From an uncultured bacterium (GTDB lineage: Bacteria > Babelota > Babeliae > Babelales > Babelaceae), in NCBI GenBank assembly GCA_963717435.1, contig OY970332.1, positions 1,024,001-1,088,000 on the forward strand: a DNA stretch of 64,000 bases, written 5' to 3'. The notes beneath the pieces were generated by a model. It saw only the letters and a program-made list of their open reading frames with translations, did not search any database and was not told the DNA's origin. Positions 10,213-20,161 of the stretch are shown piece by piece. The stretch's first letter is position 1, and each line of letters starts with the position of its first letter. A program made the translations under genes and the position numbers.

Positions 10213-12114
10213 TTACTTCTTTTCGCTATCAATATCAATTGGCTCTTCAGAACTAGAACCTTCTGAACCAGTAGATTCTTCATGACCAGGCTGCTCGCCA
10301 GCTTGACCAGACTTTTGTTGCATCAAGATCTCAGTGATTTTTTGTGACGCTTGAAGCAGTTCGTCTGTAGCCCTTTTCAATGCTTCGACGTCATTTTCAT
10401 GGGTCTTTAAGTCTTGCTTAGCTTTTTCAAGTGCGGCTTCTGTTTTTGTAACCTCATCTTGAGAAAGCTTGTCTTTATTTTCTCTTAAAGCCTTTTCGAT
10501 ATCTAAGATAATACCGTCAAGTTTGTTGCGTTGCTCGATAGATTCGCGAGCTTTTTTATCTTCAGCTTCGTGGGCTTTCGCATCTTGAACCATCTTTTCT
10601 ATTTCTTCTTTAGATAAACCGCCAGAAGAGGTTAGGGTGATGCGTTGTTCTTTGCCCGTTGATTTATCTTTTGCAGTAACGTTAACTATGCCGTTGGCGT
10701 CAATATCAAAAGTAACTTCGATTTGGGGAACACCACGTGGAGCAGGTGTAATACCGTCAAGTCTGAAATGTCCTAGTAGCTTATTATCTTTTGCAAATTC
10801 ACGTTCACCTTGAACAACCGCTATATCAACTGCAGTTTGGCCGTCCATTGCCGTGCTAAATACCTGAGATTTTTTGGTAGGTATTGTGGTATTTCTTTCG
10901 ATTAATCTTGTTGTAACTCCACCAAGAGTTTCTATTCCAAGTGAAAGTGGGGTGACATCTAGCAACAATAAGTCTGTTACTTCACCAGCTAATACCGCAC
11001 CCTGAATGGCTGCGCCAACTGCCACAACTTCATCAGGATTTACAGACTTATTAGGCTCTTTGCCAAAAAAGTCTTTTACCAGTTGCTGAACTTTAGGAAT
11101 TCTTGTTGAACCACCAACCAATATCACTTCATCTATTTGTGACTTTGAAATCTTGGCATCGTCCATAGCTTTTTTGCATGGGATCAATAATCTGTCAAAA
11201 ATGTCAGCATTTAGTGACTCAAATTTTGCTCTTGATAGTTTAATATGCAAGTGCTTTGGTCCTGTTGCATCAGCTGTGATATATGGCAAATTAATCTCAG
11301 TTTCATGCATAGAAGATAGCTCTATTTTAGCTTTTTCTGCCGCTTCTTTTAGTCTTTGAAGCGCCATTTTATCGTTTCTAAGATCTATTCCGTCAGAGTT
11401 TTTAAATTCTGATACCAGATAATTTATAATGTTTTGGTCAACGTCGTCACCACCTAAGTGAGTGTCGCCGTTGGTAGATTTAACTTCTATTACTCCGTCG
11501 TTAACTTCTAATATTGAAACGTCAAATGTTCCGCCACCGAAGTCAAATACTGCTATTATCCCATTTTTTTTCTTATCAGAACCATATGCAAGTGCTGCTG
11601 CTGTCGGTTCGTTAATTATTCTCTTAACTTCCAGGCCAGCGATTTTGCCAGCATCTTTGGTTGCTTGTCTTTGCGCGTCGTTAAAGTATGCAGGCACGGT
11701 TATAACCGCTTCTGTAACTTTTTGGCCAAGATAGTTTTCTGCTGCTTGTTTTAGTTTGCCAAGTACATACGCAGCTATTTCTTGGGGCGTATATTCTTTG
11801 CCTTGTCCGATAATCGCTATATCGCCATTGGCTCTTTTGACCGTTTTGTATGGCAAATTCTTAAGCTCTTTTGCAGCTTCGTCATATTTAATACCAATTA
11901 ATCTTTTTGCAGAATAAATTGTATTTTCAGGGTTGGTAACGGCCTGTCTTTTTGCCAATACGCCTATCAATTTTTTGCCATCTTTTGTAAATGCCACTAC
12001 CGATGGAGTTGTATTTTGACCTTCTTCGTTAGGTATAACTTTGGGTGTTCCACCTTCCATTATTGCAACTACTGAATTAGTAGTACCTAGGTCTATTCCT
12101 ATAATTTTGCTCAT
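10213..12114 (-). CDS. dnaK: Chaperone DnaK (Hsp70)
   Basis: [29 protein letters not shown]. Confidence 0.99.
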   Translation of the reverse strand: MSKIIGIDLGTTNSVVAIMEGGTPKVIPNEEGQNTTPSVVAFTKDGKKLIGVLAKRQAVTNPENTIYSAKRLIGIKYDEAAKELKNLPYKTVKRANGDIAIIGQGKEYTPQEIAAYVLGKLKQAAENYLGQKVTEAVITVPAYFNDAQRQATKDAGKIAGLEVKRIINEPTAAALAYGSDKKKNGIIAVFDFGGGTFDVSILEVNDGVIEVKSTNGDTHLGGDDVDQNIINYLVSEFKNSDGIDLRNDKMALQRLKEAAEKAKIELSSMHETEINLPYITADATGPKHLHIKLSRAKFESLNADIFDRLLIPCKKAMDDAKISKSQIDEVILVGGSTRIPKVQQLVKDFFGKEPNKSVNPDEVVAVGAAIQGAVLAGEVTDLLLLDVTPLSLGIETLGGVTTRLIERNTTIPTKKSQVFSTAMDGQTAVDIAVVQGEREFAKDNKLLGHFRLDGITPAPRGVPQIEVTFDIDANGIVNVTAKDKSTGKEQRITLTSSGGLSKEEIEKMVQDAKAHEAEDKKARESIEQRNKLDGIILDIEKALRENKDKLSQDEVTKTEAALEKAKQDLKTHENDVEALKRATDELLQASQKITEILMQQKSGQAGEQPGHEESTGSEGSSSEEPIDIDSEKK

Positions 12115-12230
12115 TCAGGATCCTTTCAGGTTGTTTTATTTTTTCTTAATTAAGTTTTTTATAAATTTTTCAAATTTTTATTATATTTATAGCTTATTCT
12201 TGTTTTAGTGTCAATTAAAAACTCAATTTT

Positions 12231-12251
12231 CTTGAGTGTGTTGCACTCAGG
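12231..12251. promoter_or_regulatory. HAIR (HspR-associated inverted repeat) operator
   Basis: CTTGAGT-N7-ACTCAGG versus consensus CTTGAGT-N7-ACTCAAG; just upstream of a minus-strand TTGACA at 12209-12214. Confidence 0.85.
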
Positions 12252-12460
12252 TTTTTTAATTAGCTCCTGCGCTGCGCTTGTGCTCGGGCCCAGATATAAA
12301 AGAGGGCCCGTCGCCCCGCTTGCTTGTCGCTTGCTCTTGACGAGCTTATTTTGGATCTTTATTTAAACTTTATCTGTTAATAAATTTATGATAGTATAAT
12401 TTCCAGGGTAAAAGCTTTTTTATTGGTAGCGTATAAAACTACCATTAAAGGAGTTCTCAT

Positions 12461-12961
12461 ATGTTCTCTCTTGATGAAAAAGTTGTATACCCAGGTCATG
12501 GGGTTGCAAAAATAAACCGAATAATTGAAAAAGAGTTTGGTGGTAAAAAAGCTTCATTTTACGAATTAGTTTTCATTAGCAAAGGTGCCACAATACTTGT
12601 GCCAACAAGCTGTCAGGGAGATTCTATAATAAGACCCTTAAGTCCCGAATCAAAAGTCGATGAAGCTTTGAAGGTTCTATCTGAGCCGGCAAAAAAGATC
12701 CCAAACAGTGAATTTACAGCAAGTAATTGGAACAAAAGAAATAAAGAGTATCAGCTCAAATTGAGAACGGGAGACTTGAAGGGCTTATCTGAAATATACA
12801 GAGACTTAAGATATATCTCCCGATACAAAGAGCTTTCTTTTGGAGAAAAGAATTTATTGCTGCAAACTGAAAGCTTGCTGGTTGAAGAAATATCTTTGGT
12901 TCAGTGCCTGACGCAAGACAAAACTATGGAAAACTTAAGAGCTAAGTGTTCGTGTATTTAG
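12461..12961 (+). CDS. carD: CarD family transcription regulator
   Basis: KVVYPGHGVAKI, NWNKR, LSFGEKNLL. Confidence 0.92.
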   Translation: MFSLDEKVVYPGHGVAKINRIIEKEFGGKKASFYELVFISKGATILVPTSCQGDSIIRPLSPESKVDEALKVLSEPAKKIPNSEFTASNWNKRNKEYQLKLRTGDLKGLSEIYRDLRYISRYKELSFGEKNLLLQTESLLVEEISLVQCLTQDKTMENLRAKCSCI

Positions 12962-13033
12962 CAAAAACTCGAGCAAAAATAGTAAAATTTAAAATACTAA
13001 ACCAAGACACTAATAAGTAATAACCAGATTAAG

Positions 13034-14164
13034 ATGCAACGATTTGTGACACTAGTAGCGGGCCCAACAGGAGTAGGTAAAACTGACTTTGTTGATAAAC
13101 TGATCGAAAAACTCAAAAAAAACTTTCCAGATAAAAAGTTTTCGATAATCAATGCTGATGTTGGGCAGTTTTATGGCCCAATTAGCATCGGCACTGCCCG
13201 TCCGGAAAATCTGCAACAAGATACCCATTTTTTGTTTGGTAATATAAATCAGCCAATAGATATTACAGTCTCGCAGTATAGAGAAATTGTTTTTGAAAAT
13301 ATAAAAAATAGCTTGTCGCAAAATATTATTCCCATAATAGTTGGCGGTTCAGGATTTTATTTGCGGTCTTTATTTTTCCCACCTATAAATTTGCAAAGTG
13401 AAGAGCATCCCTCGATACATTCTACTTCGCCAAGGCTACGTAGAACACTCGGGACGAGCTGGGACCATGCTGTTTTTGAAAGTTTGCAGAGAGAAAGCAA
13501 TGGTGATTATAAAGATAAAGCTACCCAAGAGCTTTGGGCCGAGCTGGAGCAAATAGATCCAGATAGAGCGCACAAGATTCCAATAGGGGATAGATACAGA
13601 ATCGAGCGGGCACTTGAAATCTGGCACACGACAAATATTAAGCCGTCAGAATTAAAGCCCGAATTTAATTTCCCATTTAATTTTAAATTTATTTATTTAA
13701 CCAGATCGCGCCCTGAATTATATAAAATAATAGATAGAAGGGCGATCGCGATGATAAATTCTGGTTGGATCGAAGAAGTTAAAAACCTGGATAAATCTTG
13801 GATAGATTTTTTGAAAGTAAAAAAAATTATCGGGTACCCTGAAATAATAGATTTTTTAGAAAATAATAAAGAAAATACAGAAAATAAAATTAATAAAAAT
13901 GGCGAAAAATTTGAGAATTTAATTGCGTTAATTCAGCAAAAAACCAGAAATTACGCAAAGCGCCAAGAGACATTTTTTAGGCAACTGGTGCGAGATCTAA
14001 AAACTGAAATTAAATCTGAAATTAACGAGCCCGATAAAAAACAAGATAAAAATTTAATTAAAAACTTAATTATAGAATACAACTTGACTTTATCTTCTGT
14101 TGATTTATACCTAGATGAGCTAATTAATGAGCTGATTGGCTCAGAAGAGAAGCACAAAAAATAG
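13034..14164 (+). CDS. miaA: tRNA dimethylallyltransferase, with in-frame repeat insertion
   Basis: GPTGVGKT, VGGSGFYL, RIERALEI, TRNYAKRQ. Confidence 0.95.
   Translation: MQRFVTLVAGPTGVGKTDFVDKLIEKLKKNFPDKKFSIINADVGQFYGPISIGTARPENLQQDTHFLFGNINQPIDITVSQYREIVFENIKNSLSQNIIPIIVGGSGFYLRSLFFPPINLQSEEHPSIHSTSPRLRRTLGTSWDHAVFESLQRESNGDYKDKATQELWAELEQIDPDRAHKIPIGDRYRIERALEIWHTTNIKPSELKPEFNFPFNFKFIYLTRSRPELYKIIDRRAIAMINSGWIEEVKNLDKSWIDFLKVKKIIGYPEIIDFLENNKENTENKINKNGEKFENLIALIQQKTRNYAKRQETFFRQLVRDLKTEIKSEINEPDKKQDKNLIKNLIIEYNLTLSSVDLYLDELINELIGSEEKHKK
13406..13459 (+). repeat. REP-like palindromic element, copy 1 (intragenic, 54 bp)
   Basis: catccctcgatacattctac...gtagaacactcgggacgagc; 53/54 identical to 42412-42465. 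Confidence 0.92.
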
Positions 14165-14206
14165 TTTAAAAATCATAAATAATATAAAAAAAGAATATGA
14201 GACCGT

Positions 14207-14836
14207 ATGAATAAAAATCAAAATAACGAATCAGACTTAATTAAAATAAAACAGCAGCAAGCAGCTCAGATAGTAGTTGGCTTATTATTGTGTGTAATAT
14301 TTGTTTTTATCTCTGGATATTATTTTGGAAAAAAAAGAGCGCTAGAGACATTTACTGATCAATTTGAGAACGACTCTTTTGCCGACAAAATGGCATATTC
14401 TATATGTTCTATATATGACACCGGGGACAAAAATTCTGGTGAATCCAGTGAAAACGGAGATAATAGTGAGGGTGAAGAAGATTCTCAAAATGGCGAAACT
14501 GACGAAGCTTCTGAAGTGCCAATTACACCAGCCGCAACAGCTGCAACTCCCGAAATGCCAAAAGTTTCGGTAAAATATTTTGCGCAATTAGCTGGATTTG
14601 GGACAGAATCTGCGGCACTAAAATGCGCCGATCAGATAAGACGAAAAGGGCTGCCTGTAGTCGTAAAAGAGAAAATTAGTAAAAGTTCTAGGGGCAGATC
14701 AATAAAATGGTATCAAGTAGTTACCCAAAATTATGACGATAAACAACAATTAGTAAATAGAATAGATAAAGTAAGCAAATCCGTTAAACTTAAAGACGTA
14801 AAAATAAAAGAACAGAAAGAACAGCAGGAAGGATAG
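14207..14836 (+). CDS. Membrane-anchored SPOR-domain-like protein
   Basis: N-terminal TM helix, acidic linker, C-terminal YFAQLAGFGT...WYQVV. Confidence 0.7.
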   Translation: MNKNQNNESDLIKIKQQQAAQIVVGLLLCVIFVFISGYYFGKKRALETFTDQFENDSFADKMAYSICSIYDTGDKNSGESSENGDNSEGEEDSQNGETDEASEVPITPAATAATPEMPKVSVKYFAQLAGFGTESAALKCADQIRRKGLPVVVKEKISKSSRGRSIKWYQVVTQNYDDKQQLVNRIDKVSKSVKLKDVKIKEQKEQQEG

Positions 14837-14842
14837 CAAGAC

Positions 14843-16474
14843 ATGATAAGCTCCATAAGAAAAAACTTCAGACGCGGCGGAATTCAAGTAGTTGTATTTA
14901 TTACGATTGCTTCTATGTTAGGCGCAGATTTATTAAGACGGAAAATGGGCAAGTCCCAAAATATTACAATTGCAGCAACTGTAAATGGCTACGAACTGCC
15001 CATGAAAGTTTTTAAGGCGCGTGTAAGAGAAGAAGAAAGAATTATAAATTTTTTCAGGTCTCAGTTTGGTGAAAACGCCGACATGATTTTAAGATCTCAG
15101 GGACTAAGCGCAAATCCACAAGAAAATGTTATGAAAAATATGGTGAGAGACGCCCTAATTGACAGCGCGGCTGACAAGATGGGTGTAGACTTATCAAGCA
15201 GTTTTATCTCAGAAAAGCTTACGGACCCGCAAACTGTTTATGCGCTATTAAATAGATTGTTTCCAACTTTGGGCATAAGCCAAACAACAAAAATAGATAG
15301 CAATCAGTTGGCAGCTTTCTTAAAAAGAGAGGGTCTAACAATATCAGAGTTTGAAGAAATACTAGAGTCTGAAGTAAAACGCGCCGCTACGTTAGATATA
15401 GTTGCTGGTGCTGCTTATGTTCCAGGTTTTGTGATTAACGATAAAATCGCAGCTAAAAATACAGAGCGCAAGTTCGCAGTTTTAGAGCTTAGACTCGAAG
15501 ATTATGCAAATAAGCTAAAAGCTACTGGTCTGTTCGATAATCAAGCCAAAGAGTATTTTGAGTCTCAAAATAAGAAGTCCAAAAAATATTGGGCGCCAGA
15601 AAAACGTAGCGCTACAATTTGGGTAATAAAACCTGAAAATTATGGCCTACAGGTTTCTGAAAAAGAGATTAAAGATTATTTACTTTCTAATAAAAATGTT
15701 AATAAAGAACAGGCCCAAAAAGCTCTATTAAATCAAAAGTTTAAGAGATTATTTGATATAGATGCCAAAAGGGTTACTTCTGAGTTAACAAACACTGAAA
15801 AATTTAGTGAATTTGCAAAAAACAAAAAAGCTACAGAATCTAAAATAACAGATTTTGAATCAGACGGCAGCTTGAAATCCCGTGCAATATTTAGCTTAAA
15901 GCTTAATCAGAAGATTCACTATATCGACGAAAATAATGGGTATATAGTGGAACTAAATAAAATTTCACCTGCGCATCAATATGACTTTGAAAAAGTTAAA
16001 TCAGCTGTTCTTAATGACTTATATTCTGAGAAATCACGAGATCTTCTTATGAAAGATCTTGCAAAATATAATCAAGAACTTGGCACAAAAAAGATAGAAG
16101 ATATAGCCAAAGAATACTCAGTAGCCATTGGGGTACCGCTAAATAAAGTATCTCTTGAAAAAACTGACTGGATAAACGCAAAAACAGCCGAAAAGTGTTC
16201 TATATTTGAGAAGAAAAAAATCGACCCAAATATATTATTGCAAATGACCCACAAGGGCAGTCATATAGCTTACCCGGGGACACAAAATAACGGCTTTATT
16301 ATCTCAGTTATCGACACAAGACATTTAGATCATGCGGCTTTTGCTGGAAGCAGGCAAGAACTTGAAGCTGCTGCCAATCAAGAAGCTTTTCAGCAAATTA
16401 TATATAGCTTTATTGCGTCTTTAAACAAAAATGCTAAAATTGTATATAATACCTCGTCAGACAGCGCGATATAG
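14843..16474 (+). CDS. PpiD/SurA N-terminal-domain periplasmic chaperone-like protein
   Basis: MISSIRK plus TM helix, AATVNGYEL, Y..PEKRS pattern. Confidence 0.7.
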   Translation: MISSIRKNFRRGGIQVVVFITIASMLGADLLRRKMGKSQNITIAATVNGYELPMKVFKARVREEERIINFFRSQFGENADMILRSQGLSANPQENVMKNMVRDALIDSAADKMGVDLSSSFISEKLTDPQTVYALLNRLFPTLGISQTTKIDSNQLAAFLKREGLTISEFEEILESEVKRAATLDIVAGAAYVPGFVINDKIAAKNTERKFAVLELRLEDYANKLKATGLFDNQAKEYFESQNKKSKKYWAPEKRSATIWVIKPENYGLQVSEKEIKDYLLSNKNVNKEQAQKALLNQKFKRLFDIDAKRVTSELTNTEKFSEFAKNKKATESKITDFESDGSLKSRAIFSLKLNQKIHYIDENNGYIVELNKISPAHQYDFEKVKSAVLNDLYSEKSRDLLMKDLAKYNQELGTKKIEDIAKEYSVAIGVPLNKVSLEKTDWINAKTAEKCSIFEKKKIDPNILLQMTHKGSHIAYPGTQNNGFIISVIDTRHLDHAAFAGSRQELEAAANQEAFQQIIYSFIASLNKNAKIVYNTSSDSAI

Positions 16475-16531
16475 TTAAGCTATTAAGTTATTTACTAAAT
16501 TTACTTACAACAATCTTGAAAGCGTAATAAC

Positions 16532-17614
16532 GTGAGCGAAAAAGTAAAAAAAGATAAAGATATAGTTCCGGCAACATTAAGTCCCGAAATTTTAGCTAAA
16601 AAGAAAGCTATCGAGCTTACTTTGTCCCAGATCGATAAACAGTATGGCAAGGGCTCCGTTATGACCCTTGGGCAATCTGCTGTAAACAAAATCGACTCCA
16701 TATCTACCGGGTCAATTATGATCGATAACGCTATAGGCATCGGTGGGATACCAAGAGGTAGAGTAATTGAAATTTACGGACCGGAAGCATCAGGTAAAAC
16801 AACACTTGCATTGCAAACTGTCGCGCAAGCGCAAGCCAAGGGCGGAATTTGTGCATTTATAGATGCAGAACATGCGCTTGACCCCGTATATGCGGCTAAG
16901 CTTGGAATTAAAATAGAAGATTTGATTATCTCGCAGCCAGATTATGGCGAGCAAGCTCTTGATATAGCCGAAATGCTAATAAGATCGGCAGCAATAGACG
17001 TTATAGTTGTCGACTCTGTTGCGGCGCTTGTCCCTAAAGCTGAACTTGAGGGTGACATGGGTGATGCCCATATGGCACTACAAGCAAGACTTATGTCCCA
17101 AGCTTTAAGAAAATTGACACCTATAGTACATAAGTCACATACCTCTTTGATATTTATTAATCAGGTTAGACATAATATTAATGCTATGGCTTTTGCCAGC
17201 AAAGAGATAACGACCGGTGGTAATGCCCTGAAGTTCTATGCGTCACTAAGACTAGATATTAGACGTATCGAGGGAATAAAGAGAGGGGATGTTCAGATAG
17301 GTAATAAAGTTGCCGTAAAAGTGGCCAAGAATAAGATGGCTCCCCCATTCAAGCGCGTCGTCGTTGACTTGATCTTCAGTGAGGGAATAAGTAAAGAATA
17401 TGATCTAATTGAGGCCGCGCTACAACAAAATATTATAGAACAATCAGGATCTTGGTTCTCTTTTGAGGGTGAAAAACTGGCTCAGGGCAGGGATCAGGTG
17501 GCAAGTAGATTGAAATCTGAGCCACAATTAGCAGATAGGCTCTTGAAGAAAGTTAAAGAAACTGCGATAATAAATATGCCTACTTCACATGAAAGTGAGT
17601 ATTCGGCTGAATAA
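16532..17614 (+). CDS. recA: Recombinase RecA
   Basis: [29 protein letters not shown]. Confidence 0.99.
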   Translation: MSEKVKKDKDIVPATLSPEILAKKKAIELTLSQIDKQYGKGSVMTLGQSAVNKIDSISTGSIMIDNAIGIGGIPRGRVIEIYGPEASGKTTLALQTVAQAQAKGGICAFIDAEHALDPVYAAKLGIKIEDLIISQPDYGEQALDIAEMLIRSAAIDVIVVDSVAALVPKAELEGDMGDAHMALQARLMSQALRKLTPIVHKSHTSLIFINQVRHNINAMAFASKEITTGGNALKFYASLRLDIRRIEGIKRGDVQIGNKVAVKVAKNKMAPPFKRVVVDLIFSEGISKEYDLIEAALQQNIIEQSGSWFSFEGEKLAQGRDQVASRLKSEPQLADRLLKKVKETAIINMPTSHESEYSAE

Positions 17615-17642
17615 AGTTTACAAAAAACGAGGTTTTTAAAAA

Positions 17643-18185
17643 TTGAAAGCTAAGAACGAGAGCAATTTGCCGCTAGTTAACGAAAGAATTAGATTCGACC
17701 GACTTCAGGTGATTTCACATGATGGGAAAAATCTAGGAATTCTTTCAAGGGATCAAGCGCTTAAAATGGCTCAAGCTACCGGATTAGATCTTGTATTGAT
17801 AGCTGATATGGGTGGCGAGGGTGCCCCTGTAGCCAAAATCCAAGATTTTGGAAAAGTGCTTTACGAAAAGAAGAAACAGCAAAACGACGCTAAGAAAAAT
17901 CAAAAGGTAATTCAGATCAAAGAGATCAAGATGCGCCCTAAGATTAGTGAGCATGACTATCAAACAAAGATAAACCAGGGAATAGAGTTCCTGAAAGATG
18001 GCAAGCATCTTAAAGTTACTTTGATGTTCCGTGGCCGTGAAGCGACCTCTTTAGAAGGGCGCGGTACCGAAATGTTTGATAAAATGAACAAGAGCTTCGA
18101 AGCGGCGGGTCTTTCAAAGATTGCTCAAGAGAAAGATTCAAAAACGGGGCAGTTTTGGTCAAGAATTTATTATCTAAAAAAATAA
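17643..18185 (+). CDS. infC: Translation initiation factor IF-3 (TTG start)
   Basis: NERI, KEIKMRPKISEHDY, MFRGRE; precedes rpmI-rplT. Confidence 0.97.
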   Translation: MKAKNESNLPLVNERIRFDRLQVISHDGKNLGILSRDQALKMAQATGLDLVLIADMGGEGAPVAKIQDFGKVLYEKKKQQNDAKKNQKVIQIKEIKMRPKISEHDYQTKINQGIEFLKDGKHLKVTLMFRGREATSLEGRGTEMFDKMNKSFEAAGLSKIAQEKDSKTGQFWSRIYYLKK

Positions 18186-18203
18186 GTTAAACAGGATTAC
18201 TTA

Positions 18204-18398
18204 ATGCCTAAAATGAAAACGCACTCAGGTGCAAAAAAGAGATTTAAAAAGTTAAAGAGCGGCTTGATTAAGGCTACAAGACCTTTTCGCAGACATCTTT
18301 TGACAAAGAAATCTACAAAGAGAAAAAGTGATTTAAGAACTGCGTATTATATCGCGTCATGTGATATGGGGCACATAAAGCAGCTTCTTCCATACTAG
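18204..18398 (+). CDS. rpmI: 50S ribosomal protein L35
   Basis: MPKMKTHSGAKKRFK. Confidence 0.98.
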   Translation: MPKMKTHSGAKKRFKKLKSGLIKATRPFRRHLLTKKSTKRKSDLRTAYYIASCDMGHIKQLLPY

Positions 18399-18438
18399 AA
18401 ATATCTAGAAATATAACGTCAGGATTTAGGGTAAAAAG

Positions 18439-18786
18439 ATGACACGTGTTAAACGCGGGATAGTAACCAAAAGAAGACATAAAAAGATAATGAAGGCTGC
18501 CAAAGGTTACTGGGGCCAAAGAAAAAATATCTTCAAGAGAGCAAGAGAAACAGTTTTAAGAGCTATGGCATTTGCATTCAAGGGCCGCAAGCTTAAAAAA
18601 CGTGACATGAGAGGTTTATTTATTTCTCGTATTAAAGCTGCATCAGAAGCTAACGGGACCAAATATAATAAGCTAATTCATGGTCTTAAAGTTGCTAAAA
18701 TCGAACTTAACAGAAAAATGCTTAGCCAGATCGCAATATTCGATCCAGCTGTATTTACTAAGATAGTTCAACAAGCTTCTAAGTAA
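18439..18786 (+). CDS. rplT: 50S ribosomal protein L20
   Basis: MTRVKRG, AKGYWG, LNRKMLS. Confidence 0.98.
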   Translation: MTRVKRGIVTKRRHKKIMKAAKGYWGQRKNIFKRARETVLRAMAFAFKGRKLKKRDMRGLFISRIKAASEANGTKYNKLIHGLKVAKIELNRKMLSQIAIFDPAVFTKIVQQASK

Positions 18787-18823
18787 ATTATAAATTTTTA
18801 TATAATTTACTTTTATAGAATTT

Positions 18824-18868
18824 AAAAGCTAGTGCTCGCAGGTTTAATTGCGAGCACTAGCTTTTTTT
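18824..18868. terminator. Bidirectional terminator
   Basis: aaaagctagtgctcgca...tgcgagcactagcttttttt. Confidence 0.88.
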
Positions 18869-18870
18869 AC

Positions 18871-19938
18871 TTATTTTGGGAGTATATTTTTAGAATTACT
18901 AGAAAGCATGTCAATAACTTCTTGAACTCTCCCGATTTTTTCTCTTAGTCTATCAAGTTCTGTGTTTGAATTTTTAATCACTTCTAAAGTTTTGCTTTTT
19001 TGTAGAATCAAAGGTGCACGCAAAGTTGAATCTAGAAGATATAATTTATCCCCTTCTAGCCTAATACCTAATTCCATTTTGGCCGCATCAAAATTATGTT
19101 CTTCGAATCTACCTACTACCTCTCTTGCCTTCGCTATTTTGCTCTGGTCCAAAACAAAATCATGATTAACTTCTTTGTTGCCATTTTGTTGTGCGTCTTC
19201 AAGTTCTTTAGTTTTTAATGCCATTTTTAAAATTTGGTCCTGAAGGCCCTCTTGTGCAATATATTTATTCAAAATAATTTTTGCTTCTTGCAGGGCTGTT
19301 TTACCTGAAGCGTTTATAGTTGCGGGATTTGCGCCGTATTTAAGTAAAATTTTAATGCGTGCAGGATCTTCTATAAATTTAAAAAGCGCCTTAGATTTTG
19401 CATTTGAACTTACATTATTCTTTTCAAGCAAATAATCCAGCATATCTGCTGACAAATTTCCCTGCCACTTCATCAGGTTATTTAAAGCTTTGTCATTATT
19501 ATAATATTTTAATATTAACTTAATTAAATCAGGTTGATTCATAGTTGCTGGCAATATATAGGGCTCTGCCCCCATTTTTAATAATTGCTCAATAATATTT
19601 TGGGCTTTATCTTTGTCTTTTTCTGACTCATAATATTTAAAAGCATTTAGGTTTTGAAGCTTAGTAGTGAGAATATTTTTAAAATTTTTATATTTTTTCG
19701 CTTGGAACTGGCCCCAAATCTCAAAATCTTCAACTTCAGGAGCTTTATCTATCTGCTCAGAAAAGCCCGAATTTTCCCCGGCTTTTTCTTTGATTTTTTT
19801 ATCTATTTCTTCTACTTTTTTAATTAATTCAGGCTTGTTAATATTAATTTTTGACTCGCAAAATATGTTACTTATGCTACAAGAAATTATTAAACTTAAA
19901 ATAATTATATTTCTGAATAAATTAATAATATAAGTCAT
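18871..19938 (-). CDS. Signal-peptide protein with ankyrin-like repeats and coiled coil
   Basis: IKILLKYGANPATINASGKTALQEA. Confidence 0.7.
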   Translation of the reverse strand: MTYIINLFRNIIILSLIISCSISNIFCESKININKPELIKKVEEIDKKIKEKAGENSGFSEQIDKAPEVEDFEIWGQFQAKKYKNFKNILTTKLQNLNAFKYYESEKDKDKAQNIIEQLLKMGAEPYILPATMNQPDLIKLILKYYNNDKALNNLMKWQGNLSADMLDYLLEKNNVSSNAKSKALFKFIEDPARIKILLKYGANPATINASGKTALQEAKIILNKYIAQEGLQDQILKMALKTKELEDAQQNGNKEVNHDFVLDQSKIAKAREVVGRFEEHNFDAAKMELGIRLEGDKLYLLDSTLRAPLILQKSKTLEVIKNSNTELDRLREKIGRVQEVIDMLSSNSKNILPK

Positions 19939-20066
19939 GCTGTTTTTGTCTCTATTTAAATAAATTAAAAATAAATTTTCACATTTTTAATTTAAAATTA
20001 CAGCTTTAATAAAGTCAATAATTATTGTTTAGCCAGATCGCAATATTCGATCTTGAATTATTTAAC

Positions 20067-20098
20067 AAAAAGAGCTCCCGAAATTCGGGAGCTCTTTT
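20067..20098. terminator. Intrinsic terminator
   Basis: aaaaagagctcccg-aaatt-cgggagctctttt. Confidence 0.85.
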
Positions 20099-20161
20099 GA
20101 TATCTAGTAATAATATTTAGAATTCTTATTTATTTCTGCTCTTAAAACTTTCCAAGAGAAC

